DNA of 64,000 nt from Clostridia bacterium (GCA_017470645.1 JAFUYJ010000017.1:5463-69462); one strand, 5' to 3'; counted from the stretch's first letter, positions 39,719-49,243 are shown. Made by a program: numbers and translations. The notes: a model not told the origin generated them from the sequence alone.

Positions 39719-42097
39719 TTACCCTTCTTTTGTTTCTGATGAAGTAGACATCTTTAATTCTTCTAATCTTTCCTTTGTCATTAAAACTTGACGTGGTTTA
39801 CTTCCTTGATATCCTGAAATAACGCCTCTTTCTTCTAGTTGATCTATTATTCTTCCTGCTCTTGCATATCCTACTTTGAATTTTCTTTGTATAAATGATG
39901 TTGATGCTTGTCCTGTTTCAACTACAACATCCATAGCTTCCATTAAAAATGGATCTGTATCATCATCATTAGCATCTTCTGCTAATTCTTTATCAGATTT
40001 ATTGCTATTTTCAATGCTTTCCAATATTGCTTCACTATATGTTGCTGTTCCATTTGCTTTTACAAAATCAACAATTTTTTCAACTTCATCATCTGATACA
40101 AACGCACCTTGAATTCTTGTTGGCTTTGATGAACCTGCTGGGGCGAAAAGCATATCTCCTTTTCCAAGTAGTTTTTCTGCTCCAACCATATCAAGAATTG
40201 TTCTCGAATCCACTTGTGATGAAACAGCAAACGCTATTCTTGAAGGAACATTTGCTTTTATTAATCCTGTAATAACATCTACCGAAGGTCTTTGTGTTGC
40301 AATAACTAAGTGCATTCCTGCAGCTCTTGCCTTTTGTGCTAATCTACATATTGCATCCTCAACATCTTTTGCAGCAACCATCATTAAATCTGCAAGCTCG
40401 TCTATAATAATTATTATTTGAGGAAGCTTTCCGCCTTCTCCTTCTTTTTCCATTGCAGCATTATAACCTTTTAAATCTCTAACCCCTTTTGTTGCAAATT
40501 TGTTATATCTATCATCCATTTCTTGAACTGCCCATGCTAGTGCACCAGCTGCTTTTCTTGGATCTGTAACAACAGGTATTAGTAGATGTGGAATTCCATT
40601 ATATACAGAAAGCTCAACGACTTTTGGATCTACCATAACCATTTTTACTTCGCTTGGTTTTGCATTGTAAATAATACTTGTTATTATTGTGTTTATACAA
40701 ACACTCTTACCAGAACCAGTAGAACCTGCTATTAGTACGTGAGGCATTTTGGCAATGTCAGCTATAACAACTTGACCTGCTACGTCTTTTCCTAATGCTA
40801 CACTTAATTTAGATTTATTGTTTGCAAATTCTTCTGTTTCTACTACATCTCTTAAGTGTACAGCCTCTTTTTCTTTATTTGGAACTTCAATTCCAACTGC
40901 TTGCTTTCCAGGAATTGGAGCTTCAATTCTTATTGTTTCTGCCGCTAAATTTAAAGCTATATCATCTGCCAAATTGGCTATTTTACTAACTCTTACACCT
41001 TCTGCTGGTTTAAGTTCATACCTTGTAATCGCCGGACCAACAGAAACATCTTCAACTTTTGCAGATACTCCAAAGCTGTATAATGTTTTTTGTAGTTTTG
41101 CAGCTGTATCTGCTAAGGCACGTGCCCCAGCTTTATTTGCTTTTTTTGTATTTTTACTAAGAAGATTTATTGGTGGATACTCATAGTGTTCATCCTCAAC
41201 TATCATTGCGTGTTCTAATTGTAAAACTTCCTTCTTATTATCCGCTTTCTTTTCATCTTCTTGCTTAAATAAATTTCCTTCTATGTATTCTGGATCATCT
41301 GCCATTTTATCATGATTTGATTTATTTCCCATTCCTAGCGGTACTAAGTCTTCACTATCATGCTTATATTTTTTTATGCTACCATCATCTTCACCAAAAT
41401 TAATTTGAAGTTGACCAACTTCCATAGCTTGTCTACGTTTTTCTTCTTTTTCTCTTAGTTTTCTTTCCTTCTTTGTTTCTACAACCTGTTCGCCATCTTG
41501 TGTATCTTCATCGTCTTCATACTCTCTTCCTTCTTTTATTCTTTCAAATAGATTAGCAAAGAATTCTGAAGGTTTAAAACCAAACATAAATACAACGAAA
41601 ATTATAGCTAAACCTAAAGCTAAAATAACCGTGCCCCATACACCTAGCAATTTAATTAATGGATACGCAAATATTGCACCAACAGCACCTCCACCTTGAT
41701 TCAATGTTCCTAAATAAAATGCTCTTTCCATTACATTTTGAAGACTTTGATCCATAAACAAAGCTTTCGTTATTGCTACTTCATATATACTTAATACCGT
41801 ACAAACACAGCACAATATTATTCCATATTGTATTAATTTTGAAACAACATAATCTTTTTTATTTTTTATTAAGCTTATTGCTACGCCTATAATTCCTACA
41901 GGAACTATGTACTTAACAATTCCAAATACTCCGCCTAAAAAGTCACTTAGTGATTTTCCAATAACTCCCGATTTAAAATAAATTAAAACACCACTTAGTA
42001 TTCCAGCAACAAATAAAATTACAATTGCTGTTTCATTATTAATTCTTCTTGTTTGCCTAACCTGCCTTTTTTGAGTTGTCTTTCTTTTCTTTGCCAA
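39719..42097 (-). CDS. ftsK: DNA translocase FtsK/SpoIIIE
   Basis: N-terminal TM helices, acidic linker, motor domain with Walker A GSTGSGKS, C-terminal gamma (winged-helix) domain. TTG start with RBS GGAGG 7 nt upstream. Confidence 0.95.
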   Translation of the reverse strand: MAKKRKTTQKRQVRQTRRINNETAIVILFVAGILSGVLIYFKSGVIGKSLSDFLGGVFGIVKYIVPVGIIGVAISLIKNKKDYVVSKLIQYGIILCCVCTVLSIYEVAITKALFMDQSLQNVMERAFYLGTLNQGGGAVGAIFAYPLIKLLGVWGTVILALGLAIIFVVFMFGFKPSEFFANLFERIKEGREYEDDEDTQDGEQVVETKKERKLREKEEKRRQAMEVGQLQINFGEDDGSIKKYKHDSEDLVPLGMGNKSNHDKMADDPEYIEGNLFKQEDEKKADNKKEVLQLEHAMIVEDEHYEYPPINLLSKNTKKANKAGARALADTAAKLQKTLYSFGVSAKVEDVSVGPAITRYELKPAEGVRVSKIANLADDIALNLAAETIRIEAPIPGKQAVGIEVPNKEKEAVHLRDVVETEEFANNKSKLSVALGKDVAGQVVIADIAKMPHVLIAGSTGSGKSVCINTIITSIIYNAKPSEVKMVMVDPKVVELSVYNGIPHLLIPVVTDPRKAAGALAWAVQEMDDRYNKFATKGVRDLKGYNAAMEKEGEGGKLPQIIIIIDELADLMMVAAKDVEDAICRLAQKARAAGMHLVIATQRPSVDVITGLIKANVPSRIAFAVSSQVDSRTILDMVGAEKLLGKGDMLFAPAGSSKPTRIQGAFVSDDEVEKIVDFVKANGTATYSEAILESIENSNKSDKELAEDANDDDTDPFLMEAMDVVVETGQASTSFIQRKFKVGYARAGRIIDQLEERGVISGYQGSKPRQVLMTKERLEELKMSTSSETKEG

Positions 42098-42150
42098 ATC
42101 TGTTCCTCCATTCTATATAAACTACTAAAATAAACGCAAGGACCTTTTAA

Positions 42151-42255
42151 ACGCGTACCAAATTTCCCCAAAATTATATTTGAGGAAATTTGGTACGCGT
42201 CCCCAAAATTTCCTCGCGTTACCTTTTCCTTTTTCGCGTCTCTAATTTTCCGCGT
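42151..42255 (-). promoter_or_regulatory. CGCGT-box array with mutually exclusive hairpins in the ftsK leader
   Basis: CGCGT at 42152, 42196, 42215, 42235 and 42251. 17-bp hairpin 42151-42167/42184-42200. Alternative 10-bp hairpin 42184-42193/42203-42213 reuses the same GGAAATTTGG segment. Confidence 0.5.
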
Positions 42256-42265
42256 TTTTAACAAA

Positions 42266-42703
42266 TTATTTAAGTTCTTTTCTATTATTTTGAATAATTT
42301 TTAAAGCATCTTCTAAAGCTACTTCTAAACCTTGTAAAATATTATCAGCATAGTCTTTAGTTCCCTTAGATATTTCTCTAGACATTTCATTTGCTGTTTC
42401 AATAATTTCAGCTTTTTTCTCATATGCTTTTTTAGTAATTTCATTTTCATTTATCATAGAGATTATTCTATTTTCAGCTTCTTTTACAATATCATCAGCT
42501 TCTTTTTGAGCTTCAACTAAAATACGTTGTCTTTCTTCTTTTATCCACTTAGCTTGTTTTAATTCATCTGGTAACTTTAGTCTAATCTCCTTAATAATTT
42601 CAAGGATTTCTTCCTTATCAACAACACTCTTACCAGAGAATGGTACTGTTTTACAGTTTTCTAATATGTCTTCTAATTCTTCTAATAAAGTAAATATTTC
42701 CAT
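42266..42703 (-). CDS. Coiled-coil protein of unknown function (V-ATPase G / ATP synthase b-like repeats)
   Basis: 145 aa, strongly E/K-rich helical sequence (KQAKWIKEERQRILVEAQKEADDIVKEAENR). Immediately downstream of rsmD. Confidence 0.5.
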   Translation of the reverse strand: MEIFTLLEELEDILENCKTVPFSGKSVVDKEEILEIIKEIRLKLPDELKQAKWIKEERQRILVEAQKEADDIVKEAENRIISMINENEITKKAYEKKAEIIETANEMSREISKGTKDYADNILQGLEVALEDALKIIQNNRKELK

Positions 42704-42706
42704 GAT

Positions 42707-43270
42707 TTAGCCCCTTTCACAATTTAAAAATATGAGATTTGCTCTGCCATATTTTCTTATATCATAAACTTCTATATCTAATTTTTTTAAATTATTCAAT
42801 TCTCTATCTTTTTCATCTGTTTCAATAATAATAATGCCATCTTTTTTAAGTAATTTCAAAGACAATATCGTTTTAACTGAATCAACAGCTATATCATCCT
42901 TATATGGTGGATCTATAAAAATTAAATCAAATGCTATATCTTGTTTTGCAATTTGACGCAAACACTCTTTATAGTCTTTATTTATAACTACAGCATTTTC
43001 TTGTAATCTAGTTCTTTCCAAATTTTGATGTATCATATTTACTGCTTTTTTTGACATATCGCAGAAATACGCCGTTTTACATCCTCGGCTTAGAAATTCA
43101 ATTCCAATTGCTCCACTGCCAGCAAATAAATCTAAAACTATAGAATCGTCTATTTTTTGCTGAACTATATTAAACAAAGATTCCTTTACCCTATCTAATG
43201 TTGGTCTTGTTGATAATTCATCTATAGAATTTAATTTTGTTCCTCTAGCAGTTCCACTAATTACTCTCAT
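42707..43270 (-). CDS. rsmD: 16S rRNA (guanine966-N2)-methyltransferase RsmD
   Basis: SAM motif LDLFAGSGAIGIE and DPPY motif; 187 aa. Confidence 0.9.
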   Translation of the reverse strand: MRVISGTARGTKLNSIDELSTRPTLDRVKESLFNIVQQKIDDSIVLDLFAGSGAIGIEFLSRGCKTAYFCDMSKKAVNMIHQNLERTRLQENAVVINKDYKECLRQIAKQDIAFDLIFIDPPYKDDIAVDSVKTILSLKLLKKDGIIIIETDEKDRELNNLKKLDIEVYDIRKYGRANLIFLNCERG

Positions 43271-43303
43271 ACTAACCTCGTATTTTAAATTTATACACGT
43301 ATA

Positions 43304-43332
43304 TTTATATTATTTTTTTTGAAATATGTCAA
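43304..43332 (-). promoter_or_regulatory. Sigma-A type promoter of rsmD
   Basis: Minus strand reads TTGACA, 17 nt, TATAAA. Confidence 0.6.
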
Positions 43333-43343
43333 TAATATTAACA

Positions 43344-43396
43344 AAATTGTAACATACTCTTAATATTTTTGTAATAAAGTTACAAATTTGTAATAT
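43344..43396. repeat. TTGTAA(T/C)A motif cluster including perfect 14-bp palindrome TTACAAATTTGTAA
   Basis: TGTAA at 43348, 43370 and 43389; palindrome at 43380-43393. Lies just upstream of the rsmD -35. Confidence 0.55.
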
Positions 43397-43427
43397 TTTA
43401 GTAAAAAATATATACTTAATAAAAACA

Positions 43428-43461
43428 GGGAAATTAGGCACGTGTCCCCATTTCCCTTTTT
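43428..43461. terminator. Bidirectional intrinsic terminator after divIVA
   Basis: GGGAAAT / ATTTCCC stem around the loop TAGGCACGTGTCCCC, with T-runs on both strands. Confidence 0.65.
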
Positions 43462-43469
43462 CATATGTT

Positions 43470-43922
43470 TTAATTATCTTTTTTCATATCTTTGATTAAT
43501 TCCAATTGTGAAATTAAAAGAGACTCCATTTTTGCTTTGTATATATCAAATTGTTTTTCTACTTCATCCTTCTCTCTTTGTTTCAATGCAATTGATTGAT
43601 TTAAAGAGTCCAAAGATTGTTTTGCAGTCCCCTCAGCTTCTTTAATTATTTGATCTGCTTGTTGTTTAGCAGTGTTTTTAACTTCATCAGCTGCAGATTG
43701 GGCTATTACTAGTGTGTTTTGAAGCGTGCTTTCTATTGTTTTGTAGTGTTCAAGATCTTTCTCTAATTGAGATATTTTTCTATCTTTTTCTGAAATTTCT
43801 CTACATTTTTGTTCATAATCTGCTGTTAATTCATCTAGAAATTCATCTACTTCTTCAACATCATAACCGTTAACCATTTTTCTGGAAAATTTTTTGTTTT
43901 CAATATCTAATGGTGTAATCAT
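43470..43922 (-). CDS. divIVA: DivIVA domain cell-division protein
   Basis: MITPLDIENKKFSRKMVNGYDVEEVDEFLDEL... ATG 43922 follows RBS GGAGGG; the track start is 43937. Confidence 0.9.
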   Translation of the reverse strand: MITPLDIENKKFSRKMVNGYDVEEVDEFLDELTADYEQKCREISEKDRKISQLEKDLEHYKTIESTLQNTLVIAQSAADEVKNTAKQQADQIIKEAEGTAKQSLDSLNQSIALKQREKDEVEKQFDIYKAKMESLLISQLELIKDMKKDN

Positions 43923-43948
43923 ACGCTTTCCCTCCATTTTTATTATGA

Positions 43949-44428
43949 TTAATCATTCATACTATTATTCTTCAACCAAGAAACAGAAAGTTTGCTTTTA
44001 ATTTCTTCTCTTGCCATTTCATTTGTAATATCATAATTGTAAGGTGCAATTAAAAATATAGAATTTGAAACTTTTTGAATGTGTCCATCTAAAGCATGTA
44101 CAGCTCCACTAATGACATCTATAATTCTTCTTGCAACATCTTTGTTAACATATTCAAGATTTACTATTACAGACTTTTTCTCTTTTAATAAATCACATAT
44201 GCTTTCAGATTGTTCAAATGAAGTTGGTTGTGAAATAACCATTTTTATTTGTTGCATTTGAGGCATGTTAACTACTTTGGTGTTACGTTTAACACCAAAT
44301 AAACCTTTACCCTCTACCTCTTCATTTTCGTTTTCATATTCATCTTCATATTCGATTTCGTCTTCTGTATCTGCTGATGGATCTACTCCAAATAAATCCC
44401 ATACCTTATTCATTATTGCTCCTGACAT
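43949..44428 (-). CDS. sepF: Cell division protein SepF
   Basis: C-terminal SepF core (VIVNLEYVNKDVARRIIDVISGAVHALDGHIQKVSNSIFLIAP). Confidence 0.9.
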   Translation of the reverse strand: MSGAIMNKVWDLFGVDPSADTEDEIEYEDEYENENEEVEGKGLFGVKRNTKVVNMPQMQQIKMVISQPTSFEQSESICDLLKEKKSVIVNLEYVNKDVARRIIDVISGAVHALDGHIQKVSNSIFLIAPYNYDITNEMAREEIKSKLSVSWLKNNSMND

Positions 44429-44474
44429 AATTTTACCTCCTAAAAAAAATACTCCTCATTTGTTAGCTGTAATA

Positions 44475-44503
44475 AGTATCTAACTTTTTTATTTGAAAGT
44501 CAA
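44475..44503 (-). promoter_or_regulatory. Candidate promoter of sepF
   Basis: Minus strand reads TTGACT, 17 nt, GATACT. Confidence 0.45.
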
Positions 44504-44514
44504 TACTTTTTAAA

Positions 44515-44569
44515 TTTTGTAATATAAAAATAATAATTCTGTAATATTTTTGTAATATTTTTGTAATAT
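44515..44569. repeat. Four phased copies of TT(T/C)TGTAATAT (11-bp register)
   Basis: Units start at 44515, 44537, 44548 and 44559 (spacings 22, 11, 11), directly upstream of the sepF -35. Confidence 0.75.
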
Positions 44570-44573
44570 CTTT

Positions 44574-45837
44574 TTATTTCTTCATAACAATTTCATCATA
44601 CACGCTTATAGACTTTTTGCTGTCCATAGAACTCGTATCTACGCCTGCTTCTTGAAGTTCTTGAGTAGAATAATTTTCAACTATAGAATAATTATCGTTT
44701 TGTCTCAATACTTTGACATATATTTTTTCCTCATATCCTGCCCTATTTCTAATAATGTATGCTATATTACCTTCATATTGTATAGCTTTATTTGGAACCT
44801 TTAATCCCGAGTTGCTCCACCAAATAACATCAAATGCAATTTTTCTGTAATTTATTAAACTCTCAACTGATTCTTTTAATTCAAATACCAATAATGTTTC
44901 ATTTTTTTCCTCATCAGCTTTATACACAATTTCAACTGGAACCTCTGCTGAATTTGGAAGTCTGAGTTTAATATTATCACCAACTTTTGAGTTTTTTGCT
45001 TCATCTGATTTTGAAATGCAAGCAACATAACAGTTGAAGTTATTTACTATTTTTGCTTTGCTATTATTTGATGCAATAATCTGACCTGTTTTCAAATTCA
45101 GTGATTCTAGTAATTGTTTATTTAAATAACTAAAGTCCCCAACTGTCAATTTACTTTCTAAATCATCAACCTTATATGAAATAATTCCACTTTTATTAGA
45201 ATATACATATTTAGAATTTGAATTTACTTGATTTTCATACCCACTTCTTTGTTCAATTAGTTGTTGAACATAAGAGCCATTTGTTGCCAATGTACTAGCT
45301 ATTTTAGCCTTTTTATTCATTGCACTATTTATGTCTTTTTTATATTGTTCTATTTCTTGAATATCCGTATTTTCGTACACATTTTCAAGTTTTTCCTCAA
45401 TTTGAGTTTCTAACAGTTTTATATCTGAAGAAAATAATGTATTTTCATTTTGTAATGCGTCCTGTATTTGTTGATCTAATTCTTCTATTTTTTTATTTAA
45501 TTCATCTTCATTTTCCAACGAATACCTGTATATAGCCTCACCGTTAGCAACCTTTTTGCCTTCAGCTTTTAATTGAACTATTTTGCCGATTTGCCGACTC
45601 GTTTTCTATAACTTCTTCGTCCCTAATTAAATAGCCGGATACGGATTCTTCTTTATATATCTTTCCTTGTTCAACTATAAAAGTATCTGTTGGATTAGAT
45701 AATAATTTTATAAATAAAAAAATACAATAAGTCAAAAAAGCAACAGCAACAATCAATATAATTGTCATTTTTTTATTTTTTAAAGGTACCTTTTTTTCAC
45801 TTTTCTTAACCTCATTTACATTACTATTATTTTTCAC
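44574..45837 (-). pseudogene. HlyD-like membrane-fusion family protein, interrupted by a +1 frameshift (or sequencing error)
   Basis: Track ORFs 45562..45837 (TM anchor) and 44574..45518 are in different frames. The downstream frame stays open upstream to ~45597 and reads GKIVQLKAEGKKVANGEAIYRY. Deleting one A of the A4 run (forward T-run 45581-45584) fuses them. Confidence 0.6.
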
Positions 45838-46757
45838 CTTTAACTCCCTTCAAAATAATATTAATATTATTTTGCCTGTCATCTAAACCATCAAGCCAAA
45901 CTATATCTTGATTTCTTCTAAACCAAGTTAGTTGACGTTTAGCATAACGTCTAGTTTCTTGTTTAATTTTCTCCACCATTTCTTCATAATTAATTTCATT
46001 ATTTAAATAAGAAACCACTTCTTTATATCCTAATCCTTGAATTGCTGTTGGAAGTTCATCATATTTATTTATCAATGATTTAACCTCATCAATCAATCCA
46101 TTTTCTATCATAATATCTACTCTTTTATTAATTCTTTCATAGAGTTTTTCTCTGTCCATATTTATTGCAAAAACGTAGTACTCATATGGGTTTTCTTTTT
46201 TTCTAGACTCGATTTCTTGACCGTGTTTTTGTTTTTCCTGTAGAATGAAAAATTTCCAATACTCTAAAAATTCTTTTTTTATCATTTTGGCTAATTTTTT
46301 TCATTGCTTCTGAATCTATTTCTACCGCTCTTTCATATAGTGATTGTAGTCCATCTTTTTCCGCAATATCTTCAAGTTGGTTTCTATAATCCAGATCCAC
46401 TTCTAGATCATCATATTCAATTCCTTTAACTAAAGAATCTACATATAGTCCTGTTCCTCCAACAACAATAGGTGTTTTGCCTTTATTTAAAATTTCTTCT
46501 ATTGCAGTTAACGCATCTCTTTTAAAATTAGCAACACTATACCTTACAGTTGGAGAAACATTACCTATAAGATAATGTTTAACTCCATCCATTTCCTCTA
46601 TGGTTGGCTTAGCAGTTCCAATATCCATATCTTTATATATTTGCATCGAATCTGCTGAAACAATTTCGCCATTTATTCTTTTTGCTAAATCAATTGATAA
46701 TGCTGTCTTTCCAGAAGCTGTAGGACCACATATTACAATAATTTTTGGTTTTGACAT
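45827..46757 (-). pseudogene. miaA: tRNA dimethylallyltransferase MiaA, interrupted by a +1 frameshift (or sequencing error)
   Basis: The N-terminal part (GPTASGKT P-loop, 46203..46757) and C-terminal part (45827..46285) overlap in different frames. The shift lies in the A5-C-A5 tract (forward 46226-46236). Removing one A gives ...STGKTKHGQEIESRKK... Confidence 0.7.
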
Positions 46758-46768
46758 TTTACTACACC

Positions 46769-49243
46769 CTACCTTCTAGAAAATTTCTTTTCAATATCAA
46801 TTTTAGACATTCTAATTGCAGTTGGTTCTCCATTTGGATTTACAAAAGGATGTGGTAAAGAAAGCAATTGTTGCATTAATACATCAACCTCTTGTGCTGT
46901 TAAAGCTATACTTGACTTTTGAGCCGCTTTACAAGCTACAGTTGATATGAATTTTTCTTCAATCTCCTGTTTTGCAGTTCTTGCCACAGTATTAATTTCA
47001 TCTAAAATATCAATAAATAATTTTCCTGTGTCTAACTCCATACAAACATTTGGAACCCCACTTAATTTAACTGTGTTTTCTCCAAACTCTTCAACATCAA
47101 ATCCAGCTTGTTTGAATAAACTTATATTGTCTTTAAAAATTCCCATTTGCTTAGGTGTTAAGTTAATAACATCCGGCAATAACATTAGTTGTGAATCCTT
47201 GTCAGTATCACTATAATAATTTTTCTTTAATTTTTCATATAGTATTCTTTCATTTGCGGCTTGTTGATTAACTATGTACATTTCTTTTTCATATTCAATT
47301 ACAATATAAGATCCAAAAACTATTCCAATATATTTGTAAACTGGTCTGCTATAGAATGAATTATTAGTAAACAATGACATGTTTTCTACAGTTTTAAAAT
47401 CTTCTTGTTTAACTGTATATGCTGTTTTTTCTTCCTCTACTTTTTCTCTTTTTGGAATTGTAGTTCCAAACATTTTAGCATACATTTCCTCGAAATTAGT
47501 ATCTGTTTCATTGTTTTTTGTTTCTATTTTTTCTTCTACATTTTTATCTTCAACCGCTTTTTTATTTTCTATCTCTTGATTTTGTACTTCATTAATATTA
47601 TGAACTTCCTCATTTATTTCTTTATTTGTTTCCTCTAGTTCTGTCATTATTGGTTCGTTAACAGCTTCTCCGTTGTTTGATAAAATACTTCCAACGACAT
47701 TACCATTCTCTTCGGGATTTACCATTTGATTTTCTAAAGTATTTACAACTGTATCATTTACATTAGAACTTCTAGCAGCGCCTATTCCGTCAATTCCAAT
47801 ATCTTGAGGTTTCATATTTAATTTTTCTAAATTTTCATCTAATTCCTTTATTAATCTCTCTAAATTAGAACTTTGTTGTGTTTCTACTTCAAATTTATTG
47901 TTAGCATTATCATTATTTGTACTATTTTCTTCACTTGAACCTTTTATTTCACTTAACAAATTTTCTTGTTCACGGTGAATCTTATCTTTATACAATTGTT
48001 CTACCAAGTTTTCATCATTTGTTGCAAATTCATTTTTAGAACCACCTAAAATATTTTTTAGGAATCCTCCTATTCCTTTGCTGTCAGTGTTTTCACTTTC
48101 ATCATTTTTGTTATGTTTTTCATCATTAATCAATGATTTTTCTGATAATCTTTCAGTTTTATTGTCAATATTATCAACATTACTTATATCTTCTATGTAG
48201 CTTTTTTGGAATAATTTATCATCATCATTATTATTTAATTGTGGTTCATCTACATTTGTTTTCAATAAAGTTTCTTTTATAGCATGATACACCAATTTAA
48301 ATATTTTGTTTTCTTCTTGGAAGCGCACTTCTAACTTAGCTGGATGTACGTTTACATCTAGTTTATGTGGATCTATTTCTATGTTTAGTATTAAAAATCC
48401 ATATTTACCAATTGGTAACATTCCTTTAAATCCTTGTTCTGCTGCACTTGTTAAAGTTTTGTCTTTAACATATCTTTTATTTACAAAAAATAATTGATTT
48501 GCTCTGTTAGAACGTGCAATGCTTGGTTTTCCAATTACACCTTTTACTGCCATATCTTCAAAATAATATTCAACATTAGTTATATTCTCCGCAATATCTT
48601 TTCCATAAATTCCGTATACAATATCCTTTATTTCACCATTTCCAGATGTTTGAATTACTGTTTTTCCAGAGTTTATATATTTTATTGCAATATTTGGATT
48701 AACCAATGCAATTCTAGTAACAGCATCTTCGATATACCCAGATTCTGTAAAATCTTTCTTTAAAAATTTATATCTAACTGGAGTGTTATAAAATAAATTT
48801 TCTATAGTGATAGACGTTCCTTTTGGACATCCTGTTTCTTCTTTTGAAATAACTTTTCCACCTTCAACAACAATTTTATGTCCTATTTCACTGTCTTCTG
48901 TTTTTGTAACAAGTTCAACTCTTGCTATTGCTGCAATACTTGCTAATGCTTCTCCTCTGAATCCCATAGACTTAACTGTTTCTAAATCATCAGCATGTCT
49001 TATTTTGCTGGTAGCATGCCTTTCAAATGCAATTTCAAGGTCATCTGCTGCAATTCCTTTACCATTATCAGTAATTCTAATGTATGATATTCCTCCGTTT
49101 TTTATTTCAATAGAAATATTATCTGCTCCTGCATCAATTGAATTTTCTACAACTTCTTTTACAACTGAAGCTGGCCTTTCTATAACTTCACCTGCGGCTA
49201 TTTTGTTAATTGTTAAATCGTCTAATAATACTATGTTTCCCAT
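46769..49243 (-). CDS. mutL: DNA mismatch repair protein MutL (long low-complexity linker)
   Basis: N-terminal GHKL ATPase (AAGEVIERPASVVKEVVENSIDAG). ~300-aa N/E/K-rich linker. C-terminal dimerisation domain. ATG 49243 follows RBS GGAGG. Confidence 0.93.
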   Translation of the reverse strand: MGNIVLLDDLTINKIAAGEVIERPASVVKEVVENSIDAGADNISIEIKNGGISYIRITDNGKGIAADDLEIAFERHATSKIRHADDLETVKSMGFRGEALASIAAIARVELVTKTEDSEIGHKIVVEGGKVISKEETGCPKGTSITIENLFYNTPVRYKFLKKDFTESGYIEDAVTRIALVNPNIAIKYINSGKTVIQTSGNGEIKDIVYGIYGKDIAENITNVEYYFEDMAVKGVIGKPSIARSNRANQLFFVNKRYVKDKTLTSAAEQGFKGMLPIGKYGFLILNIEIDPHKLDVNVHPAKLEVRFQEENKIFKLVYHAIKETLLKTNVDEPQLNNNDDDKLFQKSYIEDISNVDNIDNKTERLSEKSLINDEKHNKNDESENTDSKGIGGFLKNILGGSKNEFATNDENLVEQLYKDKIHREQENLLSEIKGSSEENSTNNDNANNKFEVETQQSSNLERLIKELDENLEKLNMKPQDIGIDGIGAARSSNVNDTVVNTLENQMVNPEENGNVVGSILSNNGEAVNEPIMTELEETNKEINEEVHNINEVQNQEIENKKAVEDKNVEEKIETKNNETDTNFEEMYAKMFGTTIPKREKVEEEKTAYTVKQEDFKTVENMSLFTNNSFYSRPVYKYIGIVFGSYIVIEYEKEMYIVNQQAANERILYEKLKKNYYSDTDKDSQLMLLPDVINLTPKQMGIFKDNISLFKQAGFDVEEFGENTVKLSGVPNVCMELDTGKLFIDILDEINTVARTAKQEIEEKFISTVACKAAQKSSIALTAQEVDVLMQQLLSLPHPFVNPNGEPTAIRMSKIDIEKKFSRR

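Noticed and set aside
42019-42264. 81-aa minus-strand ORF spanning the ftsK start and its leader.
   Set aside because: It overlaps the ftsK N-terminus out of frame and runs through the CGCGT hairpin region. It has no RBS. The region is better explained as a non-coding leader.
45582-45597. Tandem 8-nt duplication TTTGCCGA-TTTGCCGA at the HlyD-like frameshift site, as a possible cause of the frameshift.
   Set aside because: Removing one 8-nt copy gives an in-frame stop (…GCA AAA TAG) rather than restoring the downstream frame. A single-A deletion in the adjacent run does restore it.
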